64,000 nucleotides of DNA. Origin: Candidatus Eiseniibacteriota bacterium (lineage in GTDB: Bacteria; Eisenbacteria; RBG-16-71-46). Positions 1 through 10,737 of this stretch are shown here, in pieces. How positions within the stretch are numbered: the stretch's first letter is position 1; each line of letters opens with the position of its first letter. The position numbers were made by a program, and so were the translations under genes. Location of the stretch: assembly GCA_963776245.1 (NCBI GenBank), contig CAVZLN010000009.1, positions 160,001 through 224,000 of the forward strand. Reading direction: 5' to 3'. Below the pieces are notes generated by a model that saw only the letters and a program-made list of their open reading frames with translations, made no database searches and was not told the origin of the DNA.

Positions 1-80
1 TGGTTGTAGAGGGCGGTGCGCACGCCGCCGACGTGCAGGTGACCGGTCGGGCTGGGCGCGAAGCGGACGCGGACGCTCAT
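1..80 (-). CDS. gltX: Glutamate--tRNA ligase, N-terminal fragment (runs off the window edge)
   Basis: Manual translation of the reverse strand from the ATG at 80 gives MSVRVRFAPSPTGHLHVGGVRTALYN, the GluRS RFAPSPTG motif plus the HIGH motif (HVGG). Confidence 0.88.
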   Translation of the reverse strand, partial: MSVRVRFAPSPTGHLHVGGVRTALYN

Positions 81-218
81 GGCTCAAGGGTCTCCGGCGG
101 CGGCGGGTGGACGGGGCCGCGCACGTTACGGAGCGGGCGCGCCAGGGTCAAGAGACGCCGGCAGCGGCCGGGTCGGTCCCCGCGGCGGCCACGCGCACGG
201 CTCGGGCATGCCGCGGGC

Positions 219-1415
219 TCATCGCGCGCGCTTCCGGCGCACGTCGGCGATCACGCGGTCGAGCACGCCGGTCAGGACCTCCAGCACCACGTCGGGAGCG
301 TGGTGCCGCGCCGCGTACGCGCGGGCGCGCGCGCCGGCCTCGCGCCGCGCGCCGGGATCCTCCATCAGCGTGCGTACCGCCGCGCTCAGCGACGCCGGGT
401 CCGGCGCGTGCGCCCCCAGCCCCTCACGGGTGACGAGCCCGTCGGGATCCACCCCGGAGACGGTCGGCAGGCCGGCGGCCCACGCCTCGAGCAGCACGTT
501 CGAGAAGCCCTCGAGACCCGAGGTGTGCACCATCAGGGACGCGCGCCGGCGGAGCGCCGCCACCTCGTCGTCGGGCAGGAAGCCGTGCACCTCGAGGTTC
601 GGGATCTCGCGCGCCGCCGCCACGGCCGCGTCCCACGCGTCCCGCTTCAGCGGGGGCGGCGGGACCACCCCGGCCATCACGAACCGGTAGCGCGGCAGCC
701 CGCGCGCGAGCTCGATGAACCACTCGGGGCGCTTGGTGCGCTTGTAGGTGGCGAGCCACAGCACGATGCCGTCCTGCCCCGGGTCGACCGGCTCCGCCGG
801 GATGTCCACGATGTTCGGCAGCAGCTCGCTGGCGACGCCGTACTCCGCGCGCAGGCGATCGCGCTGGAAGACGGTCTGCGCCAGCACCTGATCGGCGTGG
901 CCCAGCGCGCGCTCGTACCAGCGTCGGTGGGTGACCCCCACGTCCGGCGGCGGCCGTCGCACCACGTCGTGGTCGGTCATCATCGCGAGCACGAAGCCCG
1001 CGCCGCGCCATCTCGCGACGTCCGAGGTGAGCCCCGCCGGCATGCCCGAGCCGCACACGTAGTACACGTCCGCCGCCGCGCGCATCAGCCCGGCGGTCGC
1101 GAGGCTCAGGCGCGGGTGGACGAATCGCAGCACGCGCAGCCCCTGTCCCGGGCGGAACGTGCGCAGCACGGTGACCCCGTCCAGCACCTCGCGCGCCGGC
1201 TGCCCGAAGTCGCAGGTCACCAGGCTCACCTCGTACCCGCGCGGCACCAGCCCGCGCGCGAGACGCGTGACCAGCGCCTCCGAGCCGCCCGCGAACCCCA
1301 TCGGGCGGCGGGCCATCAGGGGATAGGCGTACTCCGAGTAGAAGCACACCCGGCCGCGTGAGCGCGGCGGGACCGCTGGAGCGGTGTCATCGGCGGCGCT
1401 CGCGGGCGGGACCAT
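219..1415 (-). CDS. Glycosyltransferase family 4 (GT-B)
   Basis: ORF 219..1499 has GGSE at the N-terminus, KRPE, and EGFSNVLLEAWAAGLP (GT4 E-x7-E motif). Start estimated at the ATG at 1415. Confidence 0.85.
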   Translation of the reverse strand: MVPPASAADDTAPAVPPRSRGRVCFYSEYAYPLMARRPMGFAGGSEALVTRLARGLVPRGYEVSLVTCDFGQPAREVLDGVTVLRTFRPGQGLRVLRFVHPRLSLATAGLMRAAADVYYVCGSGMPAGLTSDVARWRGAGFVLAMMTDHDVVRRPPPDVGVTHRRWYERALGHADQVLAQTVFQRDRLRAEYGVASELLPNIVDIPAEPVDPGQDGIVLWLATYKRTKRPEWFIELARGLPRYRFVMAGVVPPPPLKRDAWDAAVAAAREIPNLEVHGFLPDDEVAALRRRASLMVHTSGLEGFSNVLLEAWAAGLPTVSGVDPDGLVTREGLGAHAPDPASLSAAVRTLMEDPGARREAGARARAYAARHHAPDVVLEVLTGVLDRVIADVRRKRAR

Positions 1416-1544
1416 GGTCGGCGGGAGTCCTCGGGGCGGCCAGCGTGAAGTGGGCGCGGACCAACCTACGCCGGTGGTTCGAAGGTCGTCAAGAACCACC
1501 GCCGGCCGCCCGGACCGCTCGAGGGGCGCGCGATGGCGCCCGCC

Positions 1545-3860
1545 TCACCTCCTCGAGGCTGCGACCACGCCGGATGGCTCGCCATCCAGGACCTCGCGCA
1601 CCTTCGCGAGCAGGGCATCCAGTGAGAACGGCTTGGTGAGGAGGGAGGCGCCCGGGTCGAGCACGCCGTGCCGCACCATCTCGTCGGAGGCGTACCCCGA
1701 GAGGTAGAGGATCCGGGCCTCCGGTCGCCGGGGGACGAGCCGATCCACCAGCTCACGACCGCTCATGCCCGGCATCACCACGTCGGTCACCACCAGGTGG
1801 ATGGGGCCCTCGTGCGCCTCCGCGAGGCGCAGCGCCTCCTCGCCGCCGGCCGCGGCGATCACGGCGTAGCCGTGGTCGGTGAGGGCCTCGGCCAGCAGCT
1901 CCCGCAGGGCCTCCTCGTCTTCCACGAGGAGCAGGGCCTCGGTCCCGCGTGGCGGCCGGGCCCCCGGTGCGGCCTCCTCGCCGCCTTGCACCTCCTCGAC
2001 CTGGGGCAGGTAGATCCGGAAACTGGTGCCGAGTCCGGGCTCGCTGTCGACCGACACGTATCCGCCGCTCTGCTTGACGATCCCGTAGACGGTGGAGAGT
2101 CCCAGGCCGGTGCCCTGTCCTGGACCCTTCGTGGTGTAGAAGGGCTCGAAGGCATGAGCCAGCGTCTCGGGGTCCATCCCGTGCCCGGTGTCAGTCACCA
2201 TGAGCTTGATCCACGGGCCCGGGCCGGCCTCGGGCAGGTTGAGCGGAAGGCGGGAGTCGAGGGTGACATTGCTCGTCTCGATGGTGAGCCGCCCCCCGCC
2301 GGGCATGGCGTCACGCGCATTGATCGCGAGATTCATCAGCACCTGGGCGAGCTGGCCGGAATCGGCCCGGACGCAGCCCAGCGTCGCTGGGAGCACGGTG
2401 ACGAACTCGACGTCCTCCCCCACCAGCCTCCTCAGCATGTTCTCCAGGTCGGCCACGACGAGGTTCAGATCGAGGATCTTCGGCTGCAGCACCTGGCGGC
2501 GGCTGAAGGCCAGGAGCTGCCGCGTGAGCGTGGCGGCACGGGCCGCGGCTTTCGCGATCTCGTCGAGCCGTTCGTGGTTGCGGGAGTCGTCGGGCCGCGC
2601 GCGCGCGAGCAATTCGGTGTAGCCGCTGATCACGCCCAGCAGGTTGTTGAAATCGTGGGCCACGCCCCCGGCGAGGCGCCCCACCGCCTCCATCTTCTGG
2701 GCCTCCTGGAGCTGCAGCGCGAGATGGACCTCCTCGGTCACGTCGCGCTCCACCGCCACGTAGCTCACCAGCGTGCCGTCGGCGTCGCGGACCGGCGAGA
2801 TGGTCGCGTCCGCCTCGAACAGCGTGCCGTCCTTGCGCCGGTTGACGAAGCGGCCGTGCCAGACGCGGCCGGCGGTGAGGGTCTCCCACAGCTCGCGATA
2901 GAACGCCTCATCGTGCCGGCCACTCTTCAGGGCGCGCGGGTTCTGTCCGATGGCGTCCTCGCGCCGGTACCCGCTGATCCGCTCGCACGCGGGGTTGACG
3001 TAGAGGACGGTCCCCTGCGGATCGGTGATGATGATCGCCTCCGCGGCGTGCTCGACGGCGAGGGCCAGACGCGCGCGCTCCTCCTCCACGTGCTTCCGCG
3101 CGGTCACGTCCTGGAGCAGGGCGAGGCGGGCGGGGCGCCCCGCGAAGCTGATCGCATGGGAGGTCACCTCCACCGTGATCGAGGAGCCGTCCCGGCGGCG
3201 GTGGCGCCACCGGCCGGGAGTGCGGTGCGCCTCGCCGGCCTGCCGGAACACGTTCTCGAGGGCGGGCACGTCCTCCGGGGCACGGATGTCGCGGAGCGAC
3301 ATGCCGAGGAACTCCTCGCGGCTGTAGCCGTAGTGTTCGATCGCGGTCTGGTTCACGGCGAGGAACTGGAGCGTGGCCTCGTCCACCACCCACAGCGGAA
3401 CGGGATGATGCTCGAACAGCGAGCGGTACCGCTGCTCGCTCTCCTGAAGCACCTCCTTGACCAGCCGGCGGGCGGTCACGTCGTGCTCGATGATCACCCG
3501 GTGGGTGCGGCCCCGACGGTCGCGCTGGACGCAACTCCTCGCCTCGAAGACACGCCACGTCCCGTCACGGTGCCGGATGCGGTAGTCGGAGAGGAAGGTC
3601 ACACCCGACCCGGCGAAGGCGTGGGTCATGGCCTCCGTGACGGCGGGAAGGTCGTCGGGGTGGACCAACTCCAGGAAGCTCCTGCCCAACCGCTCGGCCA
3701 CGGTCCAGCCGAGCAATGTGCGGACGAGCGGGCTGATGTACACGATCTTCCCGTCCGGACCCACCTCGAGGACGAGGTCGGTGCCCTGCTCGATGAGGGC
3801 GCGAAAATCGAGATCGCCGCCGGGGACGCCGGGGTCTTCGTCATGCGTGGTCAAGGGCAC
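1545..3860 (-). CDS. Multi-PAS hybrid sensor histidine kinase / response regulator (CckA-like)
   Basis: Three PAS-like repeats, H-box AHDFNNLL, N-box [11 protein letters not shown]-boxes DTGHGM and GTGLGL, and a C-terminal receiver (LLVEDE, TDVVMP). The start is uncertain (GTG at 3860; the ORF extends to 3956). Confidence 0.9.
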   Translation of the reverse strand: MPLTTHDEDPGVPGGDLDFRALIEQGTDLVLEVGPDGKIVYISPLVRTLLGWTVAERLGRSFLELVHPDDLPAVTEAMTHAFAGSGVTFLSDYRIRHRDGTWRVFEARSCVQRDRRGRTHRVIIEHDVTARRLVKEVLQESEQRYRSLFEHHPVPLWVVDEATLQFLAVNQTAIEHYGYSREEFLGMSLRDIRAPEDVPALENVFRQAGEAHRTPGRWRHRRRDGSSITVEVTSHAISFAGRPARLALLQDVTARKHVEEERARLALAVEHAAEAIIITDPQGTVLYVNPACERISGYRREDAIGQNPRALKSGRHDEAFYRELWETLTAGRVWHGRFVNRRKDGTLFEADATISPVRDADGTLVSYVAVERDVTEEVHLALQLQEAQKMEAVGRLAGGVAHDFNNLLGVISGYTELLARARPDDSRNHERLDEIAKAAARAATLTRQLLAFSRRQVLQPKILDLNLVVADLENMLRRLVGEDVEFVTVLPATLGCVRADSGQLAQVLMNLAINARDAMPGGGRLTIETSNVTLDSRLPLNLPEAGPGPWIKLMVTDTGHGMDPETLAHAFEPFYTTKGPGQGTGLGLSTVYGIVKQSGGYVSVDSEPGLGTSFRIYLPQVEEVQGGEEAAPGARPPRGTEALLLVEDEEALRELLAEALTDHGYAVIAAAGGEEALRLAEAHEGPIHLVVTDVVMPGMSGRELVDRLVPRRPEARILYLSGYASDEMVRHGVLDPGASLLTKPFSLDALLAKVREVLDGEPSGVVAASRR

Positions 3861-4072
3861 CTGCCTTGGGTGGCCACTCGCGATGGGTCGACGGGGGTCA
3901 GGGGCGGCGAAGCACAGGCGGGGGATCGTCCAGGCCGGAGGGCCTCGACGGGCCATGAGCTGCTTCGCGCTACCGGAAAGCCTAGCCTCGTGACGGCCTG
4001 CGGCTCAAGGACAATGTCGCGAGTTGTCACGCGCTGAACCATCCAGCGCGCGCCGAGGCCAGGGTTCCTGGA

Positions 4073-7000
4073 TCACCGCAGCACCACCAGCTTCTGGGAG
4101 CGGGCCCTCGCTCCGAGCACGAAGCGCATGAAGTACACACCATCGCCGACCCGCCGGCCATCGTCCGCGCGGAGGTCCCACGCCGCGGAGAACCATCCCG
4201 CGCGGGCGATGCCCTCGGCCACGGTGCGGACGCGGCGCCCGCCGAGGTCGAACACCGCGATCTCGAAGCGCGAGCCCGCGGACGCGGAGGGGACGCCGTA
4301 TCTCAACCGGGTCTCTCCGCGCGCCGGGTTGGGCTGCGGGAGCGCGAAGGCCAGATCGGTGGGCGCCACCACCGGGGGCGGAGGGACGCCGTTGTCCACC
4401 CCGACGAACACCGGATTCGAGAACAGACCGGTGCGCGCGGCGTCGTGGTGGAACTGCGGCCACGAGGGATCGCGACCGGGTGAGAACGGGAAGTCGTAGT
4501 CCCACACGTAGAAGTCGGTGTCCCAGCCCGCGAGCAGGATCTCGGTCCTGGTGTCGCCGTCGCAATCGCAGACCGCGGGCGTGCCCTTCACCTCCGCGGC
4601 GAGCACGATCGGGAAGCCCGGGAGCACCGTGCCGTCGAGGCCGCTGATCGCGGTCAGCGTGACGTCCTCGCCCCCCATCACCACGTCCTCCCATCCGTCA
4701 CCGTTGAGGTCGGCCACCACCGGGCTGCTCTCCGAGGCGGAGGTGGTGAGCCAGCTGTACGGCACGCCCCCGACCCACGGCGCGACCGGAGCGCCATTGC
4801 GGTCGAAGACGTAGATCCTGCCATCGGTGCTCGCCTGGACGATGTCGAGGAAGCCGTCATGGTTCATGTCCGCGAGCGCGGGGGACGGCGTCTTGGTCGA
4901 TCCCGAGGCGAGCAGCCCGATGGGGAAGCCGGGGCGGCGAGAACCGTCCGCCTCGATCACGTAGAGCGACTCGTCGGCCGCCGGGACCACGATCTCGAGC
5001 TGCGTGTCCCCGGGACCATCCAGGTATCCGATGGCCGGCGAGGCCGAGATCGTGTGCGCGTGGCCGAGATCGACCGGGAAGCCGGGCATCTCGGTGGCGT
5101 TGTTGCGCCACGCGTGGAGCAGGCCCGAGGACTCGCCGTACACGATCTCCTTCTTGCCGTCGCCATCGAGGTCGGCGATGGCGGGCGAGCCGTAGCTGAA
5201 GGTGCCCAGGCCGGTCTTGAACACGCCGATGGTGGCGGGATTCGCGTCGCCGTCGAAGAAGTCCGTCCCGTTCCAGCGCACCACGTAGAACCGGCCGGAG
5301 TTGGTGCCGAACGCCATCTCCTTCTTGCCGTCGCCGTCGATATCGTCGATGGCCACGGCGGAGAACGACTCCGCGGCCACGACCGGGAACCCCGGCTTCA
5401 TGCCGCCGTTCCGGTCGAAGGCGTACAGGCGCAGCGAGTCCCAGGTGGAAGCGACGAACTCCTTGAGGCCGTCGCCGTCGATGTCCGCGATCGAGGGACC
5501 GCCCGCATAGGCCTTGCCGCGCACGGTGAAGTCCCCGAGCGTGGTGCCCAGCCCGTCCGCGTCCACCGGGGTGCTGCCGTCGGGGTTGAACACGTACAGC
5601 ACTTCGGCGCCGGCTGCCATCGCGACCGGATAGCCGGCGTACACGTGGTCGATGGCGACCGGGGACGAGGTATTGGCGCCCATCGGCACCGGGAAGATGG
5701 CGTGGTTGGGCGGCACCGTGATCGCCCAGGCCTCGATCGAGAAGTCGGATTCGTTCGCCGAGGAGTCCACCGCCGCCACCTTGTAGTAGTAGCGGGTGAG
5801 CGGAGTCAGGTTCTGATCGACGTAGTACGCCACGCGGAACGTGGGCACCGAGTTCAGGCGCACGTAGGGCCCGACCTGCGAGGTGGAGCGATAGACGTTG
5901 TAGCCCAGCAGGTCGGTCTCCGTGACCTTCGCCCAGGTGAGCGAGATATCCTTCGTCGCGCCGATGGCGATGGGGTCTCCGGGCGCCGGCGGGGCGAGCA
6001 GATCGAGGGCCTGGGTGAAGAGCAACCCATAGGCGTCGGAGACCCGCAGCTCGAGCCGCGCGGCGGTGCTCGACGGGACGAACACGAACGGGTCGCCCTG
6101 GACTTCCGCCCCGGGCGCGATCGCGCCCCAGACCGCCGTGCTGTCGCTGACGGTGGCGAGTCCGTCGAGACTGCGCAGCACCGCGGTCGTGCCGACGGCG
6201 GCGCCCGTCCCCAGGTTCCTCAGGCGCACCGAGAGGCTCACGGTCTCGCCCGGATCGGGTCGCCCGTCGCTATTGCCTCCGGTGTCCACGATGACGTGAC
6301 CGTAATGGTGCAGCTCGGGCGCGCGCACCGTGAGCTGGAAGTGGTACACGAAGCGATCACCGGGGGCATCGAAGAGCTGGAGCCGGAACGGGATCTCGCG
6401 CTGATCGTTCGTTGCGTACGGGATCTGGATGCGGAAGGCGTTGGTGGGCGAGAGTGTCGCGCCGGCGAGAAAGACGCCATAGAACTGAGTGGGCGCGAGG
6501 ATGGCGACCAGGCTGTCCGTGGTGGTGAGGGTGCCGATGTAGTTCGAGCCCGAGGCCCCGCCGTTGTTGCGCATCGGCACATCGATGTCGATGGTCTCGC
6601 CCGCGTCGGGCAGGCCGTCGCCGTTGCCGATCGTGCCGTCGAGGTTGTCGTCATCCAGCACCGGCGCGAGCCCGGTCAGCGCCGGCTGCGAGGTCGCGAC
6701 GACCGGCACGTCGGACTGATGGGGCTTGCAGTTGTAGCAGGTCACCGTGAGCTCGAAGCTGCCCGCGGAATCGGGGCGGAACACGAGCGTGGCGTTGCCG
6801 GAGCCATCGGTGAGCACCGAGCTGAGATCGGCGCCCGGCTTGTAGGCCGTGACCCTCGCGTTCGGCTGGGGCACGCCGCCGATCGCGACGTTCACGCTGA
6901 ACAGGGAGTCACCGAGCGCCATGCTGGCGACGTGCGCCACCGTGAGCGTGCGGGGCGCGTTGGTGTAGAGCCGCAGCTCGGGATCGCCGAGCAGCAGCAG

Positions 7001-8803
7001 CGTCATCTCGGTCCAGCGATTGGAGCTGTTGGTGGTGGAGGTCGCGATGAACGGCAGCTTCTGCCGGGCCTGCAATTCGCCCACCGCGCTCACGCTGTCC
7101 TGGAAGAGCAGGCGGAAGTACTCGCGCTGGAACGCCCGCCCGGCGAGCGGGAAGTCGAATCGCGTGGAGCCGATGGCGGTCACCGCGCCGCCGTTGGGGG
7201 CGTGGATGAAGGCTTCCGCGAGGCAGGGGAAGTCGATCGCGGCCGACGTGCAGTCGATGGCGTAGAGGTTGATGAGGCGCCGGCCGTTGGTGAGGCTCAT
7301 GGCGTCGCCATTGGTGAAATTGGCGTCCCCGACCGACATCACATTGCGGAAGCCGTGCCCGATGTGCACGGCGATGTTCGGCCCGGCGGCGAGCGAGTCG
7401 CGGACCACGGTGAAGCGCTCCTGCAGCGCCCCGGGGCGCCAGCGCGGATCGAGATAGTTCTCGTAGAGGCGCGCGACGGAGCCGGTGGGATTCAGGTCCA
7501 GATAGGGCAGCACGTCTTCCGCGAGCTCCGCGCCGTCGAGCGTGGTGCCCATGCCGGGGGACCAGTTCTGCGGGAACAGCACCTCCGCGAACAGCAGCGT
7601 CCTGTTCTGGTAGTTGCTGGCGTCCGGGTCGGTCACGTACTGGAGGCTCTTGTCCACGAACAGCTTGGCCTGGGCCACGGTCGAAGTGGGCGCGCGCCCG
7701 ACGTACACGTCCGGGAACAGGTCCGCCGCGTCTCCGGGCACGGTCGGCGACTGGTACCCTTCGCCGTAGAGACTGTCGCCATCGGCGTTCCAGTCGCCAT
7801 CGAGGCACGAGTAGTAGAGATCCGTCGCGATCATCTCGCCGGTGTAGTACGTGGTGTAGGCGAGCCGGGTCGGCAGCACGTCGGTGTCGCCGCCGAGCAG
7901 CACCCACTTGGTGCCCCAGCGCGAGTACGCGTCGCGGATGAACAGCCGGATGCGCTCGGCGTCGTCCGCCCCGCGCGGGTACTGATCGCGCACGAACGTC
8001 ATGGTGCGCACCACCGCCGGCACGCCCGAGCGCGTCTTCCAGTCCGCCAGACGCTGGAACTCGGCCGCCATCGCGTCGCTGGTGACGATGACGTAGGCCA
8101 CCGGGCTGCCCAGCAGCGACGGCACCTGGGTGGCGACGAACGGCTGCGCGCCTCTCTCCCCGCGCTGGAGTGAGGTGGTTCGCGCCGCGCCGCCGGGAGC
8201 GGACCGGCCGTCCTCCCCCTCCCACTCGGGCACCACGCGCTCGCGCGGGACCGGCACGCCCAAGCGGGCGGGCTCGAGCGTCAGGCGAACCCGGACGTGC
8301 ACCACCCGCTCGAGGCGGCCGGTGGTCGCGTCCCAGCGCGCGGGGGCGATCGACAGCATGGCCACGCCCCGGCCGCGTTCGAATCCCTGGGCCCCGACCG
8401 TCACCGGGACGGCGGGGGTGAACCCGGGCGCGGAGAACGCCGCCGGATCTTCGGGCGTGCGCTCGTCGGTCTCGAGGCCGGGCCCCACCCGACGCGTGCT
8501 GGCCGGACGGACCGCGTCCGCCAGCGACTCGGTCTCGAGCGCCATCACTTCGACCGCCCCGATCTGGTAGCCGTCCGGGAGCTCGACGCGGTCCGAGACC
8601 TGCGGCAGGTCCGGTCGCCCCGGCGTGAGATCGGGGATCGATCCGGCGACTTCGACCGTCGTGCGTCCGTCCTTCGAGCCCAGGGTGAAGCGGGAGCGAT
8701 CGAAACGGTACTCGCGCTCGATGGTGACGGCCCCGAGGGCCGGCATCGCCAACAGGCCGAGACCCCAGATGGCGGCTGCCGCGACGAGGACTCGATGCGT
8801 CAT
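4073..8803 (-). CDS. Secreted C25 (gingipain-like) cysteine peptidase with propeptide, Ig/FN3 domains, FG-GAP/VCBS repeats and C-terminal FlgD-Ig/CTD-like domain
   Basis: Signal peptide MTHRVLVAAAAIWGLGLLAMPALG. C25 motifs YVIVT, VLLGGD, TDLYY and DVYVGR, with a putative His-Cys dyad in HIGHG and AIDC. DxDGDG repeats. C-terminus PNP...VFDLGGRRVR...WD...GVYF...KLVVLR. Confidence 0.85.
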   Translation of the reverse strand: MTHRVLVAAAAIWGLGLLAMPALGAVTIEREYRFDRSRFTLGSKDGRTTVEVAGSIPDLTPGRPDLPQVSDRVELPDGYQIGAVEVMALETESLADAVRPASTRRVGPGLETDERTPEDPAAFSAPGFTPAVPVTVGAQGFERGRGVAMLSIAPARWDATTGRLERVVHVRVRLTLEPARLGVPVPRERVVPEWEGEDGRSAPGGAARTTSLQRGERGAQPFVATQVPSLLGSPVAYVIVTSDAMAAEFQRLADWKTRSGVPAVVRTMTFVRDQYPRGADDAERIRLFIRDAYSRWGTKWVLLGGDTDVLPTRLAYTTYYTGEMIATDLYYSCLDGDWNADGDSLYGEGYQSPTVPGDAADLFPDVYVGRAPTSTVAQAKLFVDKSLQYVTDPDASNYQNRTLLFAEVLFPQNWSPGMGTTLDGAELAEDVLPYLDLNPTGSVARLYENYLDPRWRPGALQERFTVVRDSLAAGPNIAVHIGHGFRNVMSVGDANFTNGDAMSLTNGRRLINLYAIDCTSAAIDFPCLAEAFIHAPNGGAVTAIGSTRFDFPLAGRAFQREYFRLLFQDSVSAVGELQARQKLPFIATSTTNSSNRWTEMTLLLLGDPELRLYTNAPRTLTVAHVASMALGDSLFSVNVAIGGVPQPNARVTAYKPGADLSSVLTDGSGNATLVFRPDSAGSFELTVTCYNCKPHQSDVPVVATSQPALTGLAPVLDDDNLDGTIGNGDGLPDAGETIDIDVPMRNNGGASGSNYIGTLTTTDSLVAILAPTQFYGVFLAGATLSPTNAFRIQIPYATNDQREIPFRLQLFDAPGDRFVYHFQLTVRAPELHHYGHVIVDTGGNSDGRPDPGETVSLSVRLRNLGTGAAVGTTAVLRSLDGLATVSDSTAVWGAIAPGAEVQGDPFVFVPSSTAARLELRVSDAYGLLFTQALDLLAPPAPGDPIAIGATKDISLTWAKVTETDLLGYNVYRSTSQVGPYVRLNSVPTFRVAYYVDQNLTPLTRYYYKVAAVDSSANESDFSIEAWAITVPPNHAIFPVPMGANTSSPVAIDHVYAGYPVAMAAGAEVLYVFNPDGSTPVDADGLGTTLGDFTVRGKAYAGGPSIADIDGDGLKEFVASTWDSLRLYAFDRNGGMKPGFPVVAAESFSAVAIDDIDGDGKKEMAFGTNSGRFYVVRWNGTDFFDGDANPATIGVFKTGLGTFSYGSPAIADLDGDGKKEIVYGESSGLLHAWRNNATEMPGFPVDLGHAHTISASPAIGYLDGPGDTQLEIVVPAADESLYVIEADGSRRPGFPIGLLASGSTKTPSPALADMNHDGFLDIVQASTDGRIYVFDRNGAPVAPWVGGVPYSWLTTSASESSPVVADLNGDGWEDVVMGGEDVTLTAISGLDGTVLPGFPIVLAAEVKGTPAVCDCDGDTRTEILLAGWDTDFYVWDYDFPFSPGRDPSWPQFHHDAARTGLFSNPVFVGVDNGVPPPPVVAPTDLAFALPQPNPARGETRLRYGVPSASAGSRFEIAVFDLGGRRVRTVAEGIARAGWFSAAWDLRADDGRRVGDGVYFMRFVLGARARSQKLVVLR

Positions 8804-8980
8804 GTGGTGGAGTCTCCGCTGATGAGACAGGTGTGACGCGCGGGTGCGAGTCCCTCGGCGTGCGGCCACGGACCGGGAGGCTGATGGCGGGCTTCGTCGT
8901 GCGATGTCGGGGACCCGTGAGGATGTGCAATGCCCGCCCCGATGGTCAGGCCTAAGGATACGGACCCGTCACGCCGCGGG

Positions 8981-10546
8981 TCAACGTCCAACGGCGGTCG
9001 GACCTTCCGCGGCGTGCGGAATGCAAGCCGGACCGAATCGGGGATGCAGGATGAGAGGCAAGACGGCCGCTTCGCGGACCACCCAGACCCACGGCAGGCC
9101 GGCGAGCGGCAGCGCGACGCACTCCTGCTCCAGCCGCTGCCGGGCCGCCGGACCATCGAGGGGAGCGGCGGGCGCGCGCGCTCCCGGCCAGATCCACGGA
9201 TCGAACTCGCGGGTGCGCCACCCGGTGCGCAGGTTCCCGACCGCGGGCCCGCGCAGCGGCATCACCAGCGCGGCCAGCGCGGCTTCGTCCCGGTCGAGCA
9301 GGGGCTGGCTCTCGGCCAGGAACAGCTGCGGCCCTCCCGACAGCGCTCGATCCAGCGCGGCGGGACCTCGCAATGGCTGGAGCTCCACGTAGATCCCGAG
9401 CCGGGACCACTCGCCCTGTAGCCGGGGCGCGACCCCGGCGCCGACCCCGTCGGCGTCGTATCCGAGCGCGACGTGGAACGAGCGCCCCAGCCGGCCGCGC
9501 TCCATCCAGCGCGCGACCTCGCCGGCATCGAACGCCGGGAACTCGAAGTGGCCCGCCCCGACCGGCCACTCCTGCACCCCGCGGCCCACCGCTCCGAGCG
9601 CCCGCAACGCCACCACGCGATTGAGCCCGTGTGCGAGCGCCGCGCGGGCCGGCAGCCGGTGCGTCGGCGGAGTGTCGGCGCGCAGCGCCAGCACCAGCGT
9701 GCGCTCCGGCCGCGCCTCGGCCTGGACGCTGCGCGTGCCGGCGGGCAGCGATTCGTCGAGCAGCGCCGGCGGGAGCGGCCACACGATATCGGCGCGTCCG
9801 AGCCGGAGCATCGCGCGCACCCGGCCCGCGCCGATCGCGAATCGCACCGCGAGCGTGTCCGGCCCCTCGCCACCTCCACCGGCGCGCACCAGCGTGAGCG
9901 CGCGGCCCGGCTGGTGCGCGAGCACCCGATACGGTCCGAGGCCGACCGCGGCGCCCCAGCCGCGCGCCGGAGCGCGCGCTCGCCAGGGCGTGCTCACCCC
10001 GGGCAGCGCCAGACGGGCGGGGAGCAGCGGGTCGGGACGCTCGAGCCGGATCACCAGGGTGCGCGGGCCCGGGGTCTCGATCCCCAGCGCCGGCGTCGGC
10101 TTGCCCGCGCGCACGCGCTCCACTCCCCGCACCGCGGCCAGCAGCCAGGATCGCGTGCCGTGGTCGGTGCGTCCGAGGCCGGCGGCGAGCGCGCGCGCGA
10201 AGTCCGCGCTGGTGCACGGCGTGCCGTCGGTGAACGCCAGCGAGTCGCGCAGGTGGAAGGTCCACGTGCGCCCGTCCGGTGTGACCTCCCAGCGTGCGGC
10301 GGCATCGGCCTCGACGCGCCCTTCACCGTCCAGCCCCGTGAGCCCGCGCGAGAGCCAGCGCTCCAGCGCCCAGCGCGTGGCGAGCGGCGGGCCGTCCGGG
10401 TCGAAACGCGGTTCGCTCGCCCCCACCACCCAGCGCACCGTCACGGCCGGCCGCACGGCGCGGCCGCAGCCGGTCAGCGCGGCGAGCAGCACGAGCAGCG
10501 CGGGGACGCCGCGACGTGCGAGGTGCATCCGTGCGATGGCAGACAT
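8981..10546 (-). CDS. ABC transporter substrate-binding lipoprotein (family 5, peptide/nickel type)
   Basis: Lipobox LTGC, WEVTPDGRTWTFHLR..FTDGTP, and GLGPY motifs. Confidence 0.75.
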   Translation of the reverse strand: MSAIARMHLARRGVPALLVLLAALTGCGRAVRPAVTVRWVVGASEPRFDPDGPPLATRWALERWLSRGLTGLDGEGRVEADAAARWEVTPDGRTWTFHLRDSLAFTDGTPCTSADFARALAAGLGRTDHGTRSWLLAAVRGVERVRAGKPTPALGIETPGPRTLVIRLERPDPLLPARLALPGVSTPWRARAPARGWGAAVGLGPYRVLAHQPGRALTLVRAGGGGEGPDTLAVRFAIGAGRVRAMLRLGRADIVWPLPPALLDESLPAGTRSVQAEARPERTLVLALRADTPPTHRLPARAALAHGLNRVVALRALGAVGRGVQEWPVGAGHFEFPAFDAGEVARWMERGRLGRSFHVALGYDADGVGAGVAPRLQGEWSRLGIYVELQPLRGPAALDRALSGGPQLFLAESQPLLDRDEAALAALVMPLRGPAVGNLRTGWRTREFDPWIWPGARAPAAPLDGPAARQRLEQECVALPLAGLPWVWVVREAAVLPLILHPRFGPACIPHAAEGPTAVGR

Positions 10547-10737
10547 GGAGTCGCGAGTCTAGGGAGCGCGCGGCCGCGCGGCAAGGTGGTGCGGCGGCCG
10601 TGCCGCGACGCGGCGACGGCGACGCGCTCCGGCGGTGGCGGATGCCGCGGCACGCGTGCTAGCGTGCGACACATGCTCATCGCCCGCGAGAAGCGCGTCC
10701 CTCCGCACGCCCGCACGCGCGCGGCGCGGCGGCCGCG

